From: Chrysomallon squamiferum
Taxonomy: Eukaryota > Animalia > Mollusca
NCBI GenBank assembly: GCA_012295275.1
Contig: CM022677.1
Coordinates: 496,001-560,000 of the forward strand
Length of the DNA stretch: 64,000 bases
Direction: 5' to 3'
Within the stretch, counting starts at the first letter, position 1; each line of letters opens with the position of its first letter. Of this stretch, positions 14,085 through 27,300 are shown piece by piece. Both the position numbers and the translations under genes were made by a program. The notes beneath the pieces are model-generated. The model did no database searches and was not told the DNA's origin. It was given only the letters and a program-made list of their open reading frames with translations.

Positions 14085-17000
14085 TATTTCACTGTTTGTC
14101 TGTATGTGTGTAAAAATTACATAGATTTGTAAACATTAGTTTATTGGTTATGTAAAATGCCCTCGTCGCAGATTTGAGCTTCCTGCTTTTTTTTTTTTCT
14201 TGAGACTTTATCAATATTTTGTAACAACTTTTGGACACCAAATGGATTATCGAAACGAGTTAAATGGAACAAACAAAAAACAACAAAGATAATAAATAAT
14301 AATAAGGAACAAATTGAAAAAACAAAAAATCTGGAATGACATCATTTTACAGGAAGATATTATTAAAATTTAATTTCTTGAACAGAGAAAGTAGATGGTT
14401 ATTAATAATAAAAATTATTTATGTGCTGGGTTGTCTGTGTAGAATGTCATCAAATCCTGCGTAGTTTAAAAAAAGAAAGAAAACAATTGTCAAAATTAAA
14501 CGAAACAGTATCTGGGTGTTTTTCCCACTCTGTTTGCAGTCTTATTAGTAACTGTATATACTAACAGTTAGTTATTTACTACCAAATTTCTGTCATAATG
14601 TTGATATAGTGTCACGGAATTCAGATTGCGTAACTTTAATTGTTACTTCAAATCACATCCGCTCTTTTATTTTAAGCTATGGAATTGAAATTGCTTAACT
14701 TTAATTATTACTACAATCACATCGCTCTTTTTATTGTTTCCGCAAATTTTTCAACTCCATGGCGTTGTTATTAAAAAAGGCTGGCTTTTAGTAATTAAGG
14801 AGAGAAGTAAGCGAAGGAAACGGTGAAGACGAGAATTCAGTCAGGCGGGGAAACCAAATGTTTTCGAATGACATTTTCTTTACGGACGAGTATGGTAAGC
14901 AATTGTCTATTCTTATTTTGATAGGGTGTAATGTGCAATTAACCTGTGTCAATAACATTTATTGTACCTAAAAATTTAAGGTTTTAATCTGTCCTCCGTG
15001 CAGATTCTTATTTTGTCTTGGTTCCCTTTATAACCTTACTCGTATCATTAATCAAAATGATTTAAACGTATGTTTTATAATGTATTATTATCAAGTCACC
15101 TGTATATCATAATTAAATAATTAATGTAAACCTTAACTTGTATAGTGGATAGGTAGACTTACTGATTTATATAGTTTGCTGTCATTTTAGCGTTTATATT
15201 CCTTGTTAGGTGGCCATTAAAGCACCTTGTTACCGTACACTGAGCCTTAATAAAACATCCAAGGTGTTTAAAGGTGTGAGCCCCGTGACAGTCGTCTCTT
15301 TATAACACTCCACAGTGAACCATCATAACACATTTTCTGAACAGCAGTATTTAAACATACTCTAATTAATACGCATTGTAAAATTACCCGATTTATACCA
15401 TCAGCCAGTTTCATTCATCTGCAGTCATAAAGCAAACCAGTTTTCATTTTGTGTCGTATTTCATCAGTAAAGTTTGTATTTTCTATGCAGCTATATTTAA
15501 AAAAAAACTAAAATAAAAATAACTTTCACTGCTATTCAGCTTGGTACGGTGTGAGAACCTCATTAGTGCCTCTTTGGCAGACTTGTTTTTAATTGTAATT
15601 TTGTTTTCTTTGAAGTGAATTATAGAATATTCACTAAATCTTTATTTTTATATGCCCCTTAAAGCAGAATGTCTGCTACATTTTATCTTAAATATCTTAT
15701 TATATTACGATAATATTTATTTAGTTATCTTGTATAATCATGTTTATAATTTATATTTTTACAGTCCTTAACTCTTTACGTAATTAATGACAGAAAATAG
15801 GGTTAAATACACAAAAACTAAATAGCAGAGCCTAAATCTATTACTGTTGAATTTTTCATAGTGTTATTCTGTGGTACTTACATTTATAAAAACAAAGATA
15901 ACGTATTTTAATAATTAAAAGATTATTTAGAAAGATCAAGTAACCAACTGGGCTGAATTAGTTTTGTATTATTTGTCAACGCTATTTGCTTTGATAACGT
16001 ATCGTCGAATCGTACGATTTAACTATGTAACTATATATTACCCTTGAGGGTTAATTTGTGTAAACAGCATATATATATATATATATATAATATATATTAT
16101 ATAAAACAATTATCCATACTGAATTCGTGTTTGTGGTATTGTTCTCTTGTGGATACAGAATAGTCATTTAATAGTTAAGCTGTCTGAGATAATTAACACC
16201 ATGTCACGTGATGCTATTATAGTCTGCTGCCCTTTCAGGTACTAATACCACTCAGACTAGTCACATGACATATGCACTACCTTCTGATTTCGAGTGAAAA
16301 TTCCACAGCAAAAGAACGTATACATATCAGCTATGTCTCTGCAGGAACTCAATTTTAGAAGTAGTTTCACTTGTTAAACAATGGCAGCAATTTGCATGTA
16401 ATTAGACCACAGTGTGAGAAGAAATGATCACACTTCTTTGAAGGATTAATAAACAATGATCCCATGTCTTGTAATAATATCTGCAGCTAGATGAATGAGA
16501 CTATTTTCATTGTGTTGTGATACTTAAGTAAATTCACTCATTTACATTTAGTGTGAAAAGTAGCTAGATGAATGAGACTATTTTCATTCTGTCTGCATAA
16601 ATACGTGAGCACATTTTGTGTTGTTTATTGCAGTCATAATGGTCAGAGTGATCTAAAAGATGACAATGCATTTTAAAGTGAAATTAATAGAAGAGATTTC
16701 ATCAGATCCATTGTGCAAACAAAAAGATAAGTCATTTAATACAGAAAAACAGAGACTAGCTGTCATTCTATAACATAATGTCTATCAGCAGACAGTGTGC
16801 AAAACCAAGATTTTGCAGAGAGAAAATGAATAAATACTAGCAAGTTAACAAAACCTGAACTGATGGTTGCATCAATGTTTTCAGCAGGAAACAAACAACA
16901 TATCATCCATTTGCAATCTGATTTTAGTTTTTTTATATACAACATGAGAAAAATAGAAAAGTTTTTTGTTAAAGCTTTGTTAGGAGAGTACTGTGTTTAT

Positions 17001-18981
17001 GTCTTGTGTTACAAGTTATCTTACACTTTGATGTAATTTAACACATTTTATTTGTAAACAGTGAATCAAACTGATCTTCCTTTTGTGGCACTAAATTTAA
17101 AACAGTATTTATGTTAATGTTACAAAGCCACATTTACTAATAAACTTTGTCTTTCTTGTTTCTAGAAAATTCAGTGAATACACTTTAACTGATTTTAAAA
17201 TCCTGGTATTTTTCAGACTGAACTAATAAAAAATTACTGATAACACTGCTTACATTTACTCTTTTGTAAATAAACAAAGCTAAGCAAGGCTTTAGCATTC
17301 AAGAACTGTTAATAAAAACTATAAATGAAAATATTTTTAAAAATGACCTCTTATCATTAAATCAAATGAGAAATACAAAGTTTAATAATTTTTAACATCT
17401 GTGATTAGTGATTACTATTCATTTTTATTTCAAATCTTTTTTCTTTGTGCTCCAGAATAAAACTTTAAAAAGAAATTTAAGTCAATATTAAGTTTTAAAC
17501 AAACATTTGTTAATGAAAACCAACAGTTATCTGCATTTCAGAACTTGAACAAATAATAAAAAATGTATTTAGTGACTTGCTGTGAAAACAAACTTTGTCT
17601 GTCATCTACAAAGTCTTTCCACAAAGTGATTTTACAGATTATAATAATACTACATTATTAGTATTTTAATACTACTACTACTACTGCTACTACTACTATT
17701 ACTACTACTACTAATAATAATTATAATAATAATGAGAACAGGCACTTGCATAATTCTAATATTAATCATGATATAATAGTAGTACTTTCTGTTTACAGTA
17801 TAAGTAAGAATAAAATAATAACAAGAAAGTGTAGTTAAACTTTTAAAATAATAAGAACAACAAGAAATTGAAAAAATAAAATTTTAAATTATCAAAAATG
17901 ATTTTAAATATTTTAACAAAATATTGAAAGAATGAAAAATAAATATTTAAACATCAAAAAGCCAATAATTAGAAGAATGACTTAAACATTAAAGAACCTA
18001 TGATCAGTCTTTAAAAGACTGAGTCCACAACAGAAATTCATGTCAATAAAACTGAGACACTATCAAAATAAATCTATCATATATCTTAGTAATAACTATT
18101 ATACAGTACTTACTAATTATGATGAACACAGCTTCACTCAATTTTTATTTTCATCACATATTTTGTAATTATTGTAAAAATATTTCAAAATTAAAACAAA
18201 ACATAACTGATCAGATGAAGAAAATGCTCTAATTAAATCATTCATCTCAAGCTTTCCAACTGAAGACAACTCTTACACACAAGACTCTTAGAAGAAAACA
18301 TCAGGTGACACCTAAAGAATGAGACAACATGTTTGGGAAATGCATATCGGTGTTTTCTCGTGTTTTAATCACTTGTGCATTTACTGTAACAACAATGTTT
18401 TGTTTGTAACTATTCTGTTATGAAGCTTCAGTGACTAACATTTAAACTTGAGCTGTTTATCTATCAGATGTTGTCTACAAGTGGCGAGTTGTTATAAGAA
18501 TTCAGCCAAGTGGGCGGAGCTACCGATTGCAGCGTCATCTAAAAATAGACGCAGGCAAGAATGTATAGAGGTGCTGTTTGATTTAGTATTATTAGTTGTG
18601 GGATTGCTAAGAAAAGGAGAGTTTTGAATTAATACGCTTCAGTATTAGTGGTTTAGTAAATCGTTGATGGTTAGCAGAATAACATATTATTATGTTAATG
18701 TTATTTATAGGTATTTGAAAAGCCCGAATGTCACCGATCAAATCTAATATTTTGATTGGACAGTTATTTTTGTACAGGGTCTTCCCCATTTGCACTGGAA
18801 ATGATGTAATGTTGTGATCTATCGATCCATGTATCGAGCGTCGAATTACTCTGTTTAAAAATTAAAGATTATTTCCTAAGTGAACAATAAAATAAAATAA
18901 TTATAACATACTTTAAAGTAAAATTTTAATAAGTGGTCTTAATATTTAAACAATAAAGTGAACATTATAAAGAAAACCATA

Positions 18982-19027
<46 letters not shown>

Positions 19028-19162
19028 ATAAGAAGAAGAAGAAGAAGAAGAAAGAATAATAATAATAATATATATCAATAAATAAAATTAGCAACGTTTG
19101 TTTAATATCCGTCATTATAATTATATGTTTAAAATCCGTCATTATAATTATATGTAAACAAA

Positions 19163-19224
<62 letters not shown>

Positions 19225-19669
19225 TACAAACAAAAAAACAAAAACACCGACAAACTTACGCTTCATTTCAATAACCATTTTACCACAGTTAAAACAAAGT
19301 TTTATATATTTTTAAGATCTCAACAAACAAAGAAAAAGTCATGTCAAGTAAATTTCTAACAGAATCACAGTGTTATCTTTGTACACAATCTTCTTAATTT
19401 TTACATAAATACTACATTTAGCGGACAGTTTATCTTTGTACACAGTCAACTTAGATTTTATATAAATACTAGATTTAGCGGACATTTTATCTTTATTTAT
19501 AAAATTGGTTGTTTTAATTTCAGTTTTTTTATTTTGTTTTTTTTTTTTTTTTCAAAGAAACAATATTTTTCTCAAATGTTTTAAGAATTTTTGTCACATA
19601 AAGACAATATTAGAAGAAATAATTGTTTTCACCTGAAACTTGACTTGAACCAATATAAACATTTTGCTT

Positions 19670-19770
19670 CACGGGCTACTCTTTCCAGTTAGCAGCAAAG
19701 AATCATTGATATGAACCATCCCACAGACAGGAGAGTACGTAACATGGTCATTATTATACCAGCTGTGAAG
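19670..19770 (-). mobile_element. Degenerate V-domain SINE core fragment
   Basis: Reverse complement reads ..CCTGTCTGTGGGATGGTTCATATCAATGATTCTTTGCTGCTAACTGGAAAGAGTAGCCC, resembling the V-SINE central domain as I recall it. Confidence 0.6.
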
Positions 19771-20019
19771 ACTACCAAGTCCAGCTCACTTGTAAATAGA
19801 AAATTAATTCATTGAATATATAAGTCCACAACAGATAACTCTTGTGCACTTCATAATAAGCTGTACAGGAGTTATCTCCCTTCCATTAACTCATTCATAC
19901 ATTCCATTGCTATTAACTGATGGAAAATTTATATTTACGATACTATCCTCTGAACTAATCCTTTCATTCATACTTTTAGTGGGTTTTTTAAAAAAGAAAA
20001 CAATTCCTTCATTTTAATG

Positions 20020-20021
<2 letters not shown>

Positions 20022-20077
<56 letters not shown>

Positions 20078-20126
20078 GAAAGAGAGAAAAGTTTTAAAAC
20101 AGGAACATAATTTTATGTATGTTTTT

Positions 20127-20203
<77 letters not shown>
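20022..20203. repeat. Facing (GA)n and (TC)n microsatellites
   Basis: (GA)n at ~20022-20072 and (TC)n at ~20130-20203 are mutually complementary. Confidence 0.9.
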
Positions 20204-20205
<2 letters not shown>

Positions 20206-20378
20206 GGTGAAATTTAGGATTATTTTTTAAAATCTTCATTTTTTTAATTCGTATTTTAGACACCACCATGCATTGCTTAACCTAGGACAGTCACATATAT
20301 GTGTGTGTGTGTGTGTGTTAATATGATTATTATTATTTTCATTATTATTTTCATTATTATTATTATTATTATTATTAT

Positions 20379-20437
<59 letters not shown>

Positions 20438-20461
20438 TATACGGTTATATATTCTAATTCA

Positions 20462-21000
20462 TGGCCATGTTCCTGAAGATGTCAACATGACGACTTAGTT
20501 AAACAAAAGTCGTTTACTTGTCGTTACGAAGTCGTTTGAAGTCTGTCGTAATAAAGAGAATCACTGTGTGGTTATTTTGTTTACTACTCACGCGATGTTC
20601 CTATCGTGCAGAGCTTGAAGTTTACCCTCTGGTCAACAGCTATACAATTTTACCGATATCAACACGGAATCAGTTCATAAATTTCAACCTGTAATAATAG
20701 TCACTTACAGATTAAACATGGTTGAGAAACCAAGAAGATGGTTCAAAACACGCACCAAAATGTCACAGACAGGAACTGTAATCATTAGCGGATGATGTTA
20801 GTGATAATTATCACGTGATTTTTATGTAGTACGCAGAATGCGCGGTGCGTATCACGCTTGGTTACGACTTACTTTTAATAAACGACGACGTTAACAACTG
20901 TTTGTTAATAACATTCATCAAGACACTTCGAGATCACGAACATCCTGTGAACATATTAACGATATCGTTGTACACAAAGATGGCTGCGGGAACATGGCCA
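20462..21000. mobile_element. Possible MITE
   Basis: Perfect 12-bp inverted ends TGGCCATGTTCC / GGAACATGGCCA around a CpG-richer interior; no clear TSD. Confidence 0.35.
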
Positions 21001-21149
21001 CAGAAAATGAAATTTTTGTTTGCCATTTTTCGTCTCAGTTCTTCGAGAACGTTTTGTTGTTGTTACCGATAAAAAATAAACAACCAAAAAACATTATTTT
21101 CTTTTACAACAACATAAGTTTATGAAATGATAATAATAATGATATGATA

Positions 21150-21975
21150 CATACATACACAATAATAATACATACATACTCACAGATACATATATATAAA
21201 AACACACACACACAAAAACCTATACACAAAACACACATATCTATAAACACCCACACTAACAGATGTTTGTCATACATAAGCTCAGTTACACACCCACTCA
21301 TGCTTTGACATTCGCACAGATTTCAAATAAAGGTGAATAGAATAAACATGGTGTAAGTTTAAGAAAGGGAGATAAGTAAGGAACCAACTAATAAAAACAA
21401 ATACGAGTAATTATATTTTGCAACGAGTTTGTTTTTATTTTAACATAACATAAATCTCACAGACACATATATATAGACACAAAAAAACAAAACACACAAA
21501 AAAACTATACACAAAAACACATATCTATAAACACCCACACTAACAGATGTTTGTCATAAGCTCAGTTACACACCCACTCATGCTTTGACATTCGCACAGA
21601 TTTCAAATAAAGGTGAATAGAACAAACATGGTGTAAGTTTAAGAAAGGGAGATAAGTAAGGAACCAACTAATAAAAACAAATACGAGTAATTATATTTTG
21701 CAACGAGTTTGTTTTGTTTTAACAGTAACACGCTCGCACACAATGACACACAGACACAAAAAAACACACACCGACACACAAACATAAACTGATACATACA
21801 AATCACACAGCAACACACACAAGTACACAGTGACACACACAAGTACACAGTGACACACACAGTACACAGTGACACACACAAGTACACAGTGACACACACA
21901 AGTACACAGCAACACACACAAGTACACAGTGACACACACAAGTACACAGTGACACACACAAGTACACAGTGACTT
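21150..21975. repeat. ~280-bp tandem duplication followed by a ~20-bp minisatellite (CACAGTGACACACACAAGTA)
   Basis: Duplicated block ~21150-21440 / ~21450-21725; minisatellite ~21800-21975. Confidence 0.8.
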
Positions 21976-22190
21976 AAGCAAATGCGTCCGCCTTTCCTCT
22001 TCTTACAATTTATTTCTTCATCAGAAGCGTTTCTGTAAAAAACACGCTTGTCGAAGAAGGTGATTTAAATTTAAATCTGATAATATATTAACAAAAGTGA
22101 TAGTTTACTTACGTATTATCCTCAGTCACTGCATTATGTTTCTGTAAAGCAGATTAAAAGTAAATTCATTTGAATAAAAAGAACAGCAAC

Positions 22191-22251
<61 letters not shown>

Positions 22252-22373
22252 TAAATGTCAATGTTATATAAAAATCATTACATTATGATCTTAAGGTTCA
22301 CAAACTTGTATATGACTTTGTAGATTAGTAAATAAATGACAGTAATTTTAAACAAACGTGTTATATTTTCTCA

Positions 22374-22733
22374 ATCTTCTTATGTAAGAACTGAGCGTTA
22401 ATGTTCCACTACCATCTTCTTATGTAAGAACTGAGTGTTAATGTTCCACTACCATCTTCTTATGTAAGAACTGAGTGTTAATGTTCCACTACCATCTTCT
22501 TATGTAAGAACTGAGTGTTAATGTTCCACTACCATCTTCTTATGTAAGAACTGAGTGTTAATGTTCCACTACCATCTTCTTATGTAAGAACTGAGTGTTA
22601 ATGTTCCACTACCATCTTCTTATGTAAGAACTGAGTGTTAATGTTCCACTACCATCTTCTTATGTAAGAACTGAGTGTTAATGTTCCACTACCATCTTCT
22701 TATGTAAGAACTGAGTGTTAATGTGCTACTACT
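22374..22733. repeat. Near-perfect 40-bp minisatellite, 9 copies
   Basis: Unit ATCTTCTTATGTAAGAACTGAGTGTTAATGTTCCACTACC; TATGTAAGAA recurs every 40 bp from 22381 to 22701. Confidence 0.97.
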
Positions 22734-22877
22734 AGAAACATTGACAACTACAAGTTTATCAACTTACTTGTGTGTATGTTTGTATGTATGTACGTATGTA
22801 CTACGTGTGTATGTAGGCTTAAGAAAGTGTTATGTGTGATTAGATGTCTGTATTATATCTATTTTTTCTCTCTCTGT

Positions 22878-22910
<33 letters not shown>

Positions 22911-24305
22911 CACACACACACACACACACATACACACATACATACATAGATACAGAGACAGATAGGTAGACATATATTGATACATATGTTTGTGTGTGGG
23001 TGTGCGTTTGTGTATGTGTATGTGTGTCTGTGTTTATGAGACATTTAGATACGTGTGTGTTTGAGCGGATTGATATGTTTAAGAAAGTTTGAATCAATGT
23101 ATTTGTGTGCTAGACAGAGAGAATCGCCAGACTCTTCTCTGGGGGTCGCGAGATCGTTCTTGAGCGATGGTATGTTTTAGCGTTTTTCAACTTGACTTGG
23201 AAGGAGGAATAAATAAAAACACGTAGATAGGTTTGGGACCCGTCACAGTGAATATAGATTCCTTCTGTACTGTCTTTCGTTGATGAAAATATGGTAACCC
23301 TACATATTATGGAATCAAACATTTTAAAGGGGGTTTTAGGTCATATTGAGCTCCTCATATGATAAAGGTTGAAAACCAGTGGTATAGGGTTACCTCCCAT
23401 TAGTCATAGGCTTATTTGTCATTCAGTTCATAACCACAGAATAGAGTTTATAACANNNNNNNNNNNNNNNNNNNNNNNNNNNNNNNNNNNNNNNNNNNNN
23501 NNNNNNNNNNNNNNNNNNNNNNNNNNNNNNNNNNNNNNNNNNNNNNNNNNNNNNNNNNNNNNNNNNNNNNNNNNNNNNNNNNNNNNNNNNNNNNNNNNNN
23601 NNNNNNNNNNNNNNNNNNNNNNNNNNNNNNNNNNNNNNNNNNNNNNNNNNNNNNNGCTTCGTTCGGTTACGTGTTATCGTTTGCGTTAATTATTTAATTA
23701 TGATGTACAGGTGACTTCCTTCATAATAATACATTATAAAATCATAAAACACACGTTTCAGTAATTTTGATTAATGATACGACTAAGGTTATAAAGGGAA
23801 CCAAGACAAAATAAGAATCTGCACGGAGGACAGATTAAAACCTTAAATTTTTGGGTACAATAAATGTTACTGACACAGGTTAATTGCACATTACACCCTA
23901 TAAAAACAAGAATAGACAACTCCTTACCATACTCGTCCGTAAAGACATTCCAGCACATAAATACTTTTTATTATTAATAACCATCTACTTTATCTCTTCA
24001 AGAAAATACATTCTAATAACATCTTCCTGTAAAATGATGTCATTCTAGATTTTTATTTTTTTTATTTATTTATTTTAATTTGTTCCTTATTATGTATTAT
24101 CTTTGTTGTTGTTTGTTTGTTCGATTTAACTCGTTTCGATAATCCATTTGGTGTCCAAAAGTTGTTATAAAATATTGATAAAGTCACAAAAAAAAAAATT
24201 AAAAGGAAGCTCAAATCTGCGACGAGGGCATTTTACATAACCAATAAACTAATGTTTACAAATCGTATGTAATTTTTACACACATGCAGAAAAACAGTGA
24301 AATAC

Positions 24306-24365
24306 CTAAATGGAGAAGTTCTGGTATCATGGCAACATCATGTGTATATCTACTGCTGGGCTGCG
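24306..24365 (-). pseudogene. 3' half of LigB-like exon 2 with its donor site
   Basis: Reverse complement encodes ..QPSSRYTHDVAMIPELLHL|GTATTTC, followed by intron-2 sequence down to the gap. Confidence 0.85.
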
Positions 24366-27300
24366 TTTAAACAGTACCAGGCTTGTATATATTTTATTAG
24401 TTATTTCTATATTTATTCATTCTTCCGTTTCGTTCATTCGCTAACCTGCTTCAGTGTTTTCTTTCTTTTCTTTCTTTCCTTCGCTCTTTCTTTTCTTTCT
24501 ACCTTTACTTCTTTCTTTTCTCCCTTCCTTTCTTTCTTTCTTTCCATATTTTCTATCTTTTGTTTCCTTTCTTTCATTCTTTCTATCATTCTTTTTTTTT
24601 CATATTATGATTTATTTATTATTTATTTATCATACATTTTTAATCAGTTCATACACTCTGCTCTCACTGACTGTTTATTTATGCTTTTGTAATCGAATTT
24701 TCTTTGTTATTTTCTTAATACCACTGAACACATCTCGCATGAGCTAGGCTATTGTAACTATACTAGTGAACACATCTCGCATAAGGGAGGCGACTCTAAA
24801 TGTACCAGTGAACAGATCTCACATAAGGGAGGCGAATCTAAAAACCAGTCAACACATCTCACATAAGGGAGGTCACTCTAAATATAACAGTGAACACATG
24901 TCGCATAAACTTTTCTTTTTTTTCTCTTTCTTCAGTCTGTTAATATTCCCCGTTTTCTTTCTCTGTAATCAAATGAAGAAATTCAGTATGGAAATTCTTA
25001 ACCTGCTAATCAATGCAGTCTACATATGATTTTAAATTTTATTTCGAATAAAAGCTGAACAGTTTGCTGTGTTTAAAAAGTACCAGAAATGATTTGTTTA
25101 GTTAATTATTTCAATCTTTATTCATTCTTCCCTTTTCTTAATTCGCTAACCTGCTTCAATGTTTTCTTTCTTTTCTTTCTTTCCTGCGTTCTTATTTCTT
25201 TCTATCTTTACTTCTTTCTTTTCTTTCCATCTTTTCTATCTATTTCCTTTCTTTCATTCTTTCCATCCTTCTTTATTTTACATATTATATCTATTTATTA
25301 TTTCTCGTATATTTTTAATCAGTTCATACACTCTGCTCTCACTGACTGTTTATTTATGCTTTTGTAATCGAATTTTCTTTGTTATTTTCTTAATTCCAGT
25401 GAACACATCTCGCATGAGGTAGGCTATTGTATCTATACTAGTGAACAAATATCGGATAAGGGTCGGCACTCTATATATACCAGTGAACACATCTCACATA
25501 AGGGAGGCGACTCTAAAAAGCAGTGAACACATCTCACATAAGGGAGGCCACTCTAAAAAGCAGTGAACACATGTCACATAAGGGAGGTCACTCAAAATAT
25601 AGCAGTGAATATATCTCACATAAGGGAGCCACTCTAAATATACCAGTGAATACATCTCACATAAGGGAGGCCACACTAAATTTACCAGTGAACACATCTC
25701 ACATAAATTGTATTTATTTTTTCTTCAGTCAGTGAGTATTCTCTCTTTTCTTTCTCAGTAATGAAATGAAAAAATTCAGTATGGAAATTCTTAATCTGCT
25801 AATCAATGCAGTCTACATATGATTTTATATTTTATTTTGAATAAAAGCTGAAAAGAATGCTGCGTTTAAAGAGTACCATGCTTGGATATTTTTTATTAGT
25901 TATTTCTATCTTTATTCATTCTTCCGTTTTGTTCATTCGCTCGCCTGCTTCAATGTTTTCTTTCTTTTCTTTCTTTCCTTAGTTCTTTCGTTTCCACCTT
26001 TCTTTCTTTCTTTCTTTCTTTCCATATTTTCTATCTTTTGTTTCCTTTCTTTCATTCTTTCCATCATTCTTTTTTTTCATATTATGATTGATTTATTATT
26101 TATTTATCATACATTTTTAATCAGTTCATACACTCTGCTCTCACTGACTGTTTATTTATGCTTTTGTAATCGAATTTTCTTTGTTATTTTCTTAATACCA
26201 CTGAACACATCTCGCATGAGCTAGGCTATTGTAACTATACTAGTGAACACATCTCGCATAAGGGAGGCGAATCTAAACACCAGTGAACACATCTCACATA
26301 AGGGAGGCCACTCTAAATATAACAGTGAACACCTGTCGCATAAACTTTTCTTTTTAATATTTTTCTTCAGTCTGTTAATATTCCCTGTTTTCTTTCTCTG
26401 TAATCAAATGAAGAAATTCAGTATGGAAATTCTTAACCTGCTAATCAATACAGTCTACATATGATTTTAAATTTTATTTCGAATAAAAGCTGAACAGTTT
26501 GCTGTGTTTAAAAAGTACCAGAAATGATTTGTTTAGTTAATTATTTCAATCTTTATTCATTCTTCCCTTTTCTTAATTCGCTAACCTGCTTCAATGTTTT
26601 CTTTCTTTTCTTTCTTTCCTGCGTTCTTATTTCTTTCTATCTTTACTTCTTTCTTTTCTTTCCATCTTTTCTATCTATTTCCTTTCTTTCATTCTTTCCA
26701 TCCTTCTTTATTTTACATATTATATCTATTTATTATTTCTCGTATATTTTTAATCAGTTCATACACTCTGCTCTCACTGACTGTTTATTTATGCTTTTGT
26801 AATCGAATTTTCTTTGTTATTTTCTTAATTCCAGTGAACACATCTCGCATGAGGTAGGCTATTGTATCTATACTAGTGAACAAATATCGGATAAGGGTCG
26901 GCACTCTATATATACCAGTGAACACATCTCACATAAGGGAGGCGACTCTAAAAAGCAGTGAACACATCTCACATAAGGGAGGCCACTCTAAAAAGCAGTG
27001 AACACATGTCACATAAGGGAGGTCACTCAAAATATAGCAGTGAATATATCTCACATAAGGGAGCCACTCTAAATATACCAGTGAATACATCTCACATAAG
27101 GGAGGCCACTCTAAATTTACCAGTGAACACAACTCGCATAAATTGTATTTATTTTTTCTTCAGTCAGTGAGTATTCTCTCTTTTCTTTCTCAGTAATGAA
27201 ATGAAAAAATTCAGTATGGAAATTCTTAATCTGCTAATCAATGCAGTCTACATATGATTTTATATTTTATTTTGAATAAAAGCTGAAAAGAATGCTGCGT

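Noticed and set aside
23369-23689. ORFs crossing N runs (also 54333-54648)
   Set aside because: Artefacts of assembly gaps.
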